The notes below the pieces were generated by a model. That model was not told the DNA's origin, ran no database searches, and saw nothing but the letters and a program-made list of their open reading frames with translations. DNA of 64,000 nt from Salpingoeca rosetta (lineage: Eukaryota > Protista > Choanoflagellata): contig JAWQFM010000004.1 of the NCBI GenBank assembly GCA_033442325.1, positions 428,979 through 492,978 of the forward strand, in the 5' to 3' direction. Positions 53,489-64,000 of the stretch are shown here, in pieces (position 1 is the first letter of the stretch; each line of letters starts with the position of its first letter). A program made the position numbers and the translations under genes.

Positions 53489-56005
53489 ACACAAACACAC
53501 ACCCACCCACCCACACCCACACCCACCCACACCGACCACCACACGATTACGCACCAGCGTTCTTGGAGGCGTTCTCCATGGCGGTCATACGGGAAGACTG
53601 CTCTGCGGCCTGCGCCTCAACGAGCGCATAAAACAGGTTCGAGGCAAGCGAAAACTCCTGCAATATGTGCACACATTCATACATGTACGGACAACAGCAC
53701 ATGCAAACAAAACAGGCGTGAACCACACAGAGCAAGACAAGACAAAGCAGCAGTGCAGGCTAAAGCAGTGCACACAGAAAGCAGCAAAAAAGGCACAAAG
53801 GCACAAAGGCAAAAAAGGCACAAAGGCACAAACACACACAAGCAAACACGCACCTGGTAGCTGCGAAGGGTTTCGCTGTCAACATCATCGTACACATCAA
53901 GCTCGGGCTTGCCCTCCATCGAGGACACACTGGGGACCTGGGCGGTGGACACGGCGTAGGACACAGCAGACCTGCATGTGCGTGGGTCATGATGGTGAGA
54001 CGACACGTGAAAAATCAAAACAATCAAAATGGAGCAACACAGCATGTGCATGCATTGCACAAAACCGTTGACGTGTTGCACACAGTGCAAGCGAGGTGCA
54101 CCCAGATGCGGCGCACACGTCGCCTTCCGTCTCTCTGCTCCCATCTCTCCCTCACGCACGCTGCCTGCAGATTTACACGGAACTGACTTGAACTGGTTGT
54201 AGTAGATGTCGACGGTGTCTGCGTCGTAGCCGCTGGCGAGGAGCTCCTGTGCGAAGAACGAGGCGTCGCCAAATGTGGGTGGCAGACGGCCAACCTCGTT
54301 GGCAGACAGCGTGATCTTGTCACGCAGTGTCCTCTGGTCAACACCAAAGACACACACACACACATGAACGCGAGGAAGGTGTCAGTGCTGCAAAGGTCAA
54401 GCAAATCTTTGTCCCAGGGGGGGGGGGGTTTCTTAAATAAACAAAGAGGCTCCCGCTTCACAGCCAAAATGACACGAATAACAGCAGCAGCAGCAGCGAC
54501 ATCAACAACACCGCCACCACCACCACGACCAAGAGCAGCAAGCACGACAACAGCGACTGACCATGAGGATGCCACGGGGCTTGTCGCCAACGGTGGTGAT
54601 TTGGTAGTCGGCAGTGTCGGGGAACTCGCTGATGGCAGCGCGAATGGACTTGGACAGACCAGAGTGGATACCACCGCACAGACCACGGTCCGAGGACACG
54701 GCAACAATCGTCTAATACAGCGCAGACGACGATATGGTAATCACAAAGGAGAGGTGGAGTGTGAATTGGAGTTCTCAGCGACACCTCAGCAGTGTCAACT
54801 CAAGCGACCAATCACAATTTCTGTTTTGCACGTCATCGCAGCACACGCAACACGGGCGCAACGCAGCAAGCAGCGGACTCACGCGCTTGGCAGGGGCCTC
54901 GTCGGCGGTAATGCCACCCTTGGAGTTGAGGGCTGTTTGATGCAACCATCAACACATGCACACGTCACATTCGCGTCGTGAGTCCATGCCATCACAAGCA
55001 GTGACAAGCGCATAAGTGGATGCGCACAAGTGGATGAGACACAGGCAGTGCACAGAGACATCAACACACACGCAAACACAGACACACAGACACACAAGGA
55101 CACCCATCAACTCCTGCTCCGCACTCACTCGTGAGTGTGCATACCCTGTGCTGCGGCGCCGATGGGACGGGCACGCTTGAGAGCATCCTCTGCGCGCTTG
55201 AACTTGGCGGAAGACACCATCTTCATTGACTGGGTGATCTTCTGGATGTTCGACACAGACTTCAGACGCATGGAGACTGTACAGAAACAACAACGAACAC
55301 GAACGAACACAAAATCATAACGTCAGCATTCGTCCAGTATCACGTCATGTGCACGAGTGGCAGGATTGGCGACGTCTCGCTGCTGGTGCTGCGACGCTAC
55401 CGCAGTGCACAGCAAGTGGCTCGACGACAGACGGGCGCACCCGCCTTTCAAGAATACCAGCGACCCCCTCCTCCCCCTCTCCAGCACAACAAGCTTCTCC
55501 TCGCTCGCTCGCTCGCCAGTCAGTCTGCGTTGTTCACAGCATGTACACATCGACACTCCGCTCGCAACGCGCATCACACGAAGCCGCATGCAGTGGAGAC
55601 GTACTCTGTTTGAGGGTGGCCATGGTACGTGCGTTGTTGGGCATCTGCAGGCCCCTGCTCTCCCACACAGCCACCGCAGATACGTGCATGAGATGATGAC
55701 GATTGTGTCTCAGTGCGAACGTGCTTGCACTGTGCATGTCTGCACAACACCGGCAGCGCGCAGGTGCATCCAAACAGACGCAGAGAGACAGAGACAGAGA
55801 CAGAGACAGAGACAGAGAGAGAGAGAGAGACAGAGGGAGACACACACACACACACACACACACACGTACACAAACACACACACAGACACAGGCACACACA
55901 GGCACACACAGGCACACCACACGCTCCACTTCACGATGCAGACACACAGACACACAGACACACAGACACGGACACACACAGACACACACACACGCAGATA
56001 GACTT

Positions 56006-56036
<31 letters not shown>

Positions 56037-56070
56037 GATAGACTTACACGACGCGAGTGGAGGAGAGCAT
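53165..56070 (-). CDS. ATP5F1C: Mitochondrial F1 ATP synthase gamma subunit
   Basis: Presequence, then [80 protein letters not shown]. Confidence 0.98.
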
Positions 56071-56346
56071 GGCAGGGACGACCATGATGGCGGCTGCTGT
56101 GGTGGCTGGTTGTTGCGGAGGAGGGTGGTGGCGGTGTTTGCTGTGGCTTTGTGTGGGCACCAGCAGATGTGAAAGTCAGGCGAAAGCCACTGGCAAAAGG
56201 TGGGCTGTGTGGAATTTTCGCTGAAATCTTCCACTAATGATCACCAAAACGAGCACTTTGACTCTTTTGACAAGTATCCTCAAAACACAGCTTTCGCTCA
56301 TTTATGAAGCAAAGTAATTTGCGAAAAATCGTTCATCTCAAAGCTG

Positions 56347-56361
56347 CCGCGAAAATTCAAA
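56347..56361 (+). promoter_or_regulatory. Putative CDE-CHR element upstream of the SKA2-like gene
   Basis: CCGCG-AAAA-TTCAAA about 55 bp before the ATG. Confidence 0.45.
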
Positions 56362-56416
56362 ACACCAAGAAAGACAAGAGAGCAAGCTCACAGACCGACA
56401 GCAAGCAAGCGACAGG

Positions 56417-58375
56417 ATGGAGCAACGAGGCAGCGGTCGCATGAGCAGCGCCGTGTCTGGCTTGCAGCAGCTGTTTGAGACCGCCCTGCATGACCTGGAT
56501 GAGCTCGGTGGTGTGTTGGATAGCCGCCTGGCCATGCGCTTCCAGCAGCTCGGCGATGAGGAGGTGTGTTAGGCACGATGACCGTCACGCACTTGCAGTT
56601 GCACGCACACACGCGCCTTGCGTGCGTGTGTTGCGGTTGCTCATCTCGGGTTACGGAGGCAATTGGGTATTCACTTTTGCTCACATCACCAACTCTTCGC
56701 TTGCTGCACACACTCAGGTCAATCCACGGAAGCTGATTCGCCGCCTGCTTGAACTCAAGACCAGGGTGGAGCATGCACAGGAGAAATCAGATGCCATGGC
56801 AACAGAGCGCAAGGTGTGTGTGTGAGTGAGTGAGTGAGTGAGTGAGTGAGTGAGTGAGTGAGTGAGTGAGTGAGTGAGTGAGTGAGTGAGTGAGTGAGTG
56901 AGTGAGTGAGTGAGTGAGTGGAAGAAGCGCACTCTGATTTGAGCAAGGCTAGCACTCGTGACCCCTTGTCTGTTTGGTCTTCCTGTCAGCAGCTGACACG
57001 CTGCGCGTCCCTCGGTTGCAACAACGTGCACATCTCATATGGATCCCGTGTGTATCGCCCATTCAGGAATTGGCAGAGCAGGCACTTCACCTCTTTGTCG
57101 ACACGCGTACTACCTTGACGCAGCTGAAACACGCCTGTAACCTCAAGCCGGTGTGTTGATTGCGGCGAAGATAGGCGTACTTTGTTATTGTTTGGTGCTT
57201 GCATAAATCGGTGTGTGCAGACACGTGCCTGTGTAGGCGTGTGTGTGTGTGCTCGTGTGTGAGTGGGTGTGTGCGCGTGTGTTTGCGTGAGTGCACGTGA
57301 GAAGATTGTGTGATCAGTGGCTGCCGTTCTCTGTACGCCTTCTGATCGCAATGTCATCTGCAGAACCACGATGATGATGAGGAGGAGGAGCAAGAAGCAC
57401 TGGCGGAAGTGCGCAGCTGTGCTGGCGTTCCACACGATCAAGCACCACACGACCACAGCGATGACCTTCAATCCACCTTTGACCTCGCAGACCAAGCCGA
57501 GAACACAGGTGTTGTTTGTTTGTTTGTTTGTGTGTGTGTGTGTTCGTGTGTGAAGGTGTGTGTGTGTGTGTGTGTTCGTGTGTGAAGGTGTGTGTGTGCG
57601 TGTGGTTGTGTACTTGTGCGTAGCTGAAGTTGTGATGTTCATTTCATTGCCAGCATCGTCGGTCGTGTTTGCGAGCGCCTTCTCCAACATTGAGCCTCAC
57701 ACCTCCCCCCACACCTTCTTCCTGCACGACGCATTGCAGCGCCAGCACAAAACAGCACGCAAGGAGGACGCAAACACAACGCTGCTTCAAGGCAGCGAAC
57801 AGGAAAAGCACATCACAACTACCACCACCAGCAACAGCATGACCAGCACCAACTGCAGAAGACCAAGACGGGCAGGGGCGTTGCTTTTGAGCCCGTGACA
57901 GAGGAGGAGTTTATGAGCGTGTCCGACCTTGTTCGCGGCCGCTCCAAGCTGACTGACGTGAACAAGGTCTACCAGGCTCTCTTTGAGCACTTTACCAAGC
58001 AAAAGGGAAAAAAATCTCGCTTCCAGCCAGAGTACGTCACACGCACGAGAAAACACAGTCACACACAGCAAGCACGTGCCTTTAATGCTGTTCCGTGTAC
58101 ACACACACACATACACACACACACACACACGCATACACATTCACACACACACACACACACACAGAGCACTGTGCACCTGGCTTCTTTTTCAATCCTTACG
58201 GTTTGCTTACTCCATGCTTTTGACACATTGTTGCAGGACGGCGCCGCTGACGGTGAAGGAGATGTCGTCCATGGGGCTGAAGATCACAGGCAAGACGGGC
58301 GAGGCAAAGCTGCAGGTCCTCAAGGCGCTGCGCATCATCTCCATGTCAAACAAGGGCGTGCTCATGGACGTCTGA
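56417..58375 (+). CDS. SKA2: Spindle and kinetochore-associated protein, SKA2-like N-terminus with a SKA1-like C-terminal domain
   Basis: LQQLFETALHDLD..EE|VNPRKLIRRLLELKTR resembles Ska2 (LELMFQKAESDLD..KNPVTLLKEL..IKSR); the C-terminal part has VTEEEFMSVSDLVRGRSKLTDVN..TGEAKLQVLKALRII. Confidence 0.7.
56822..56919 (+). repeat. (TGAG)n tetranucleotide microsatellite in an intron
   Basis: About 24 perfect copies. Confidence 0.95.
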
Positions 58376-58857
58376 TTCCGCTGCAAGTGAGAAAGGAGAA
58401 GAACGTGGGCACAATGATGAGCGAGCAAGCAAGAAAGTGCTGCTCTGCGTCGCAAAGCGTGCGCCTGTTGTGATTGTCTGGTTCTTGTTTGCAATCGAGA
58501 GACATAGAGAGAGAGAGACCAGATGTACTGGCACCGTTGTAGCAAACGGCAGTGAGAGGCGTCGAGGGGATGTGTGCGTGTGCGAGCGTGTGTGCTTGCG
58601 TGACAGAGACAAGCGAACAAGCCAAGCAACAAGCAAACAAGCGAACAAGCGAACAGGGTGGATGTGTGAGCACGTTCCGCCGAGCAATCGATTATTGGTG
58701 ATGGTTTCCTTCACATTTCTACAACCGCATCTGTCCATAGCCACACAACCACCACAACAGCAACCACCACAACCCCTTCACGTCCTTCTGTTGCCGCCAC
58801 CCTACCGACATCCCACTCTCCCCACACACGTACACCACGCACAACAGACACACACCC

Positions 58858-59808
58858 ATGAACAGCGGTGATGGGGAAACGGGCTCGTCTTCCTTGGGAA
58901 CCCACCACCACCACCCGCCGCCGCCGCGGCAGCAGCAGCAGCAACAGCAGCCGTGGCGGGAAAGGGGGCAAGATGACCAAGAAGACGACAAAGACGAAGA
59001 AGAGCCCATGATTTGTGCTCCCAAACTCGACCCAGCGCCTGCCACAGCCGCCCCGGCCGCGGCAGTATCTGCAACAACAGCTGCTGCGAGCACTGCACCG
59101 CCTGCTGTGGCTTCCAGCGCCTATCATCCTGCCGTTGAGTCTGAGCACGGCAACCGGAAGGGGGCACACGTTAGCAGCTCAGGCACACATCGACACGACC
59201 CTGCTCATGAGGCAAGTATGCCCCCAGCAAACGAGCTCAGTCAAGAAGAAGAAGAGCCCACGGTCCCGGGAAAGAGCCGTCGGCCAGGCCGATTCACGAG
59301 CCGCAAGAAGCGCTCCAGCAGCGCTGCCAACCACAACGATGGTGACTACGACGGCAATCAGCAGGCCAAACACTCCAAACTCAGCGACGCACATGCTCCG
59401 CAAGCTTCAACAACTCACGACGCTGCGCATGGCGAGCATGCAGCGACACAACAACACGCGGCATATGTTCCCGAATTGCAGCGCGCAACATCCCAACAAC
59501 AGCAAAGACATCAGCAACAACAGCAACAACAACAACAACAACATGTGTATCAGCAACAGCAGCACCCGCATAATAGTTACAGCGCTGTTCACGAGCAACC
59601 CACGTCTCCACCCCAGCACCAACAGAGCACGTTCAGTATTCAAGCGTCCACGGCAGTCAATCCTGTTCACGGCCCTGCAATGCAGCCACTTGTTTCAACG
59701 GAGGCGAGCTATTTTCGTCACCCAGCGGTTGCGAGTCAGCCCCATGCTTCCACCACTGCTTCTGTCGATGTGCATCAACCCCAACAGCAGCAACAACATC
59801 AACCCCAA

Positions 59809-59840
<32 letters not shown>

Positions 59841-60682
59841 ACCGCAACAGCAGCAGCAGCAACCGCAACAGCATCAGCAAGGAGCATTTCAGCCCGTTTA
59901 TGCGACGCCTTCGAGCGAACTCGCATTCTCGGTCATGTCCCAGCCTTTGATTCAAGCAACAGTGGCCTCCTCACATGCAATACCCCTGTTGCAGCAGCCA
60001 CAACAACAACAGCAGCAGCAGCCGTCACCCTATCCAGGTTACTCCTTACAGCCGGCCTTGTATCCCAACACGTCGCACCAGCAGCAACAGCAGCAGGCAT
60101 TGCAGTCTCAATTGCAGACACAGCCGTTTCTCTCCCAGTCACACCCTCGCGCACAACCGTACACATACACGGACGAGTCGACGCCAGCGCTACCCTCGAT
60201 AGCATCGTCTTCTCAACTGCTGTCAGCATCAGGTGCAGCGCAACAGCAGCAACACCAACACCAACACCAACACCAACACCAGCAGCAATACCAATACCAA
60301 CAACCACAGCACCCACAACAGCACCCACAACAGCACCCACAACAGCAGCAGCAACAACAGCAGCAGCAACAACAGCTCACCGATGAGCAAGAGCACTCCA
60401 CGGCGCACTGCGTGCGCGAGGTGCGAACGCTGCTGATGACCATCAACTCATCGCTCCAACAACTCTCCTCCATCCTCAGCAACCCGTCCACGCTGCAAGC
60501 CCTACACACGCTCGCCATGGCCGACCCGTCTGACCACGCCGAACGCATCTCAAAGCGCATGCGCAAGGCATTTCGCAAATACATTGACGATGTCCTCGTT
60601 GAACAGGGGGTGAGGCCACGCTCGCGTGCATTTGAGAGAGTGTGTATCTGTGTGCATTTGTGTGTGTGCATTTGTGTGTGCA

Positions 60683-60780
<98 letters not shown>

Positions 60781-61814
60781 CGTGCAAACCTTGTTTAAGC
60801 GCTTGATCATTCGTTTGCTGCGTGTGCACAAAAAACATGTGTTTGAACATGTCTTTGTCGCCTCACGCGTAGCCCACCGCCACTGCACTGCTTGACTGTT
60901 CAGGTGTCGCTTGCCGATGTGCCCAAGGGCACGAAGCTGCTGAGCTATCAGCCCATTGTGGACGTTGTGCAGACAGCCGTGACGAAAGCGCGCGCAACCC
61001 ACTCCGACTTTGCAACCGTCTCTGTTCCAGCACTGCGTCGCACCGCTTTCGAGTACGCGTGCAAGTATATTTGAGTTGTCGTGTCGCCCTGTGCGCGTAC
61101 GTGCGTTGTGCTTATCCTGGTGTGCGTGTGCGTGTGCGTGTGCGTGTGCGTACTTGAATGTATTTTGTGTGTGTGTCCGCATGCAAGAGAAAATTCGCTC
61201 TTCAGTCGTTTGTTGCACTCGAACTGACACACTCTCTCCTCCACGTTCTTTTGCTCCATCACGACCACCACTGCCATCACCCTTGACAGCATATTGAAGC
61301 ACAAGTTGTACTACAGCCGCCTTCCCGAGCAGAGAAAACTCGAGAAGAACCAGCAGGCTGCCGAGGCCGTGAGCAGACGCCGCCAACGTGCGCACACACA
61401 CAAATACACACACAACTATGCACACATGTCGTGGTGGTGATGGTGGCAATGACACGCGCGCCCGCGTGTGTATGTGTGCATGTGCATGTGCACGTGTGTG
61501 TGTGTGCATGTGTGTGTGTGCATGTATGCACGTGTGTGTTGTGTGTGTGTGTGTTTGACGTAGCAGACATGTGCTTGAGTGGAGAAACTTGTTGCTCATC
61601 GTCCTTGTGTTTGAATGCGGCCTGCATTGATCCCTCACCCCCAACACATGTACAAACGTTCACAGGGGCGCGGGCGAGTGCTGAGGCGGCTGCCACTGCT
61701 GCTGCTGCTGCTGCTTCCGCTGCTATGGATGCGCAGCACACGGGAGACGACCACGGCACCCCACGTGTTCCGGATGTGGCAGCCATGTCCAGTGATCCCC
61801 ACATGTACTTCTAA
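58858..61814 (+). CDS. PolyQ/His-rich hypothetical protein with a C-terminal helical domain
   Basis: Long first exon with basic RKKR, then exons ~60904-61060, ~61290-61368 and ~61666-61814. Confidence 0.7.
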
Positions 61815-62582
61815 CGAACCCATGACGTGGCCTGATGTGTGTTGGTGTGCGACGAGCATAGCTCAAGTGACATTGGCTCCTGTCTGGCGCGTGCTGTTTT
61901 GTGCGAGTTGAAGTTCACAATCCTATTTGGCTTTCACGCACTCGCATGCTTCACTTTGAACGTGTACATACACGCATGTACATACACGCATGCGCGCGTC
62001 TCTCCTTTCTTCGACCTCTTCCTCTCTTTCCCTCCTTTTTTCTGTTGTACATATTGTTTGCTACCGGGCGCTTGTCTTGCTGGGCCACTCCTGTAGCGCT
62101 GTGCTGATGTCATTGTTGTCATGATGTATTGGTTGTTTGAGCGTCGACAAAACTCCTCTGTTCATCGAACAGCTGCACCATTACCAGCACACGCGATGCT
62201 GTTTGTGGTGTTGAAGGTGGTGCCTTTCGAGTGCTTGGTTGTGGTGCAGTCAGTGATGGGCGCAGCGTGATCACAGTTCGGTTACATCTACTTGCGTCGA
62301 TCTAACCGCGTAAACACGAACACGAGAGAGGGCCAAACAAGCAAACATACAGACACACATACAACACTCCAGCGAGCAGCGAACTAAGACACAACACCTA
62401 TACACTCACACCAACCAACCAGCCAACCGAGCAAACAACTAGACAAACAAACAAACAACTAGGCAAACAACCAAACAACCAACCAGCCAAACAAACCAGA
62501 CAAGCAAGGCAAGATAACCAAGGCAAGATAAGCGAGCCCGCTGTGCGTGCAATCCTGATGATGTTATGCCTTGGGGGCATGG

Positions 62583-63172
62583 CTAGTTGAGCGTGCCACG
62601 GCAGGTGCGCGCACCGCAGAAACACGGGATCTTGTTTGGTCCTTCCTCCCGCGGGAACTTGTAGTCGTACGTGATCTCCTCATTCGCCGCAATCGGCCGC
62701 TATGCATTGTGTGAGTGAATGAGTGAATGAGTGCGTGAGTGAATGAGTTAATGAGTGAGTGAGTTAATGAGTGCGTGTGTGTGAGTGTGCGCGAGAATGC
62801 GTGTGAGCGAGAAAGTGCGTGCGTGTGTGTTTGTGGGTGAGTTAACGTACGTGCGAGCGAGGACTCATCAGTGTAGCAACGACAATGTCACATGTTCGTG
62901 GTTGATCACTGACCTTTGAATAGATGCCGATGCGCTTCTTGCCATCCACAGACACGACCTGGGCGTAACAGTTGGCCTGAAGAACAAACGAGACAACCAC
63001 AACAACTTATCTGTCAGGCTAATCCATCATGCAAAAGCACGTACACACACAAGTATACACACGCAAGTATACACACGCAAGTACACACACGCACAGACAC
63101 ACATACACACACACAAACACAAGCACACAAAAACACACAGAAACGCACACACACACACACAAAAACACCCAG

Positions 63173-63251
<79 letters not shown>

Positions 63252-63840
63252 GGCCCATTCACGTACGTCGCACGAGTGGTTGATGAAGCGGGCGATGGAG
63301 CCCATGCGCGTGGCGTCAATGACGTAATCTTCGTCAATTCGGAACAGGTAGGAGCTGCCGATGCCAATTCTTGCGTAACGGCGCTCGCGGTCCTCCGCCA
63401 CCGTCTGCCGGACAATTTCGCCGACGTACTCAATCACAAGCTCGTCCTTGTCAATCGGCTGCACGCGCAACAACAAAAACAGGAATTGGTGGTGGGGAGT
63501 TGTTTGGGGAAGGGCGGGTATCAGCAATGAGGGTATGGGGAATTGGGAACAAGAAGATGCAGCGCCGGGTGGCACAGCACAGCACCGACTGAACACACAG
63601 ACACAACTAACTCAGTACGGCACGGCAACAACACGTCCAAAGTGACAAGTTGGTGTACTTGTGCATGTGCATGAGCGTGAGCGCACGTGTGTGTTTGTAT
63701 GTGTGTGCGTGACCGTGAGCGTGAGCGTATGTGTATGTGTATGTGTGTGCGCGAGCGTGTGTAATCTCCACACCTCTTGTGCGAAGAGGCCCCATTCGTG
63801 GATCATGCTCCGTGCGAATCGAAGCAGTTTGCGGCGGCGC
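62583..63840 (-). CDS. SETD1: SET1-family histone H3K4 methyltransferase, SET/post-SET end (5' part outside the window)
   Basis: [17 protein letters not shown]|[40 protein letters not shown]|ANCYA..IGIYSK|[25 protein letters not shown]. Confidence 0.95.
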
Positions 63841-64000
63841 TGCGCCGTGGACGTGATGATGATGTGGGTCAGAGGGTGAGATGGTTACAAATTGAATAAA
63901 CAAAAGTGCTCAACGTCGAGGGAGAGGAGGACGGAGCACTGGGTGCGAACGCGTCCAAAACCCATGACAACTCAGCCAAAGCCATCGACATAATATGGGC

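Overview
Gene-dense, intron-rich eukaryotic DNA with (CA/TG)n-filled introns, GT-AG splice sites and polyQ/polyT-rich coding sequence. The style strongly suggests a choanoflagellate such as Salpingoeca rosetta (inference, not confirmed). About 18 protein-coding genes can be traced, many in head-to-head pairs: POFUT1, a very large EGF/lectin/mucin type-I membrane protein, a LARP1-like DM15 protein, a TBC-TLDc protein, a LysM protein, SEM1, a WD40 protein, a Gal3ST-type sulfotransferase, an LRWD1-like WD40 protein, a VARP-like VPS9 protein, ATP synthase gamma, a SKA2-like protein, the 3' end of a SET1-type methyltransferase, and several unknowns. The most striking feature is that POFUT1 lies about 550 bp upstream of, and co-oriented with, a receptor-like gene carrying at least 22 EGF repeats, all in-frame copies of which have the POFUT1 target C-x-N-G-G-T-C. 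Copies also toggle Ser/Thr at the O-glucose site. That protein also has a bacterial-looking N-terminal beta-sandwich, a SUEL lectin domain and a Tyr-rich tail, which suggests a Notch-independent enzyme-substrate glyco-adhesion module. There are two N gaps and one random-looking 860-bp block. Exon boundaries and homologies were read by eye and from memory of the families; no searches were run.
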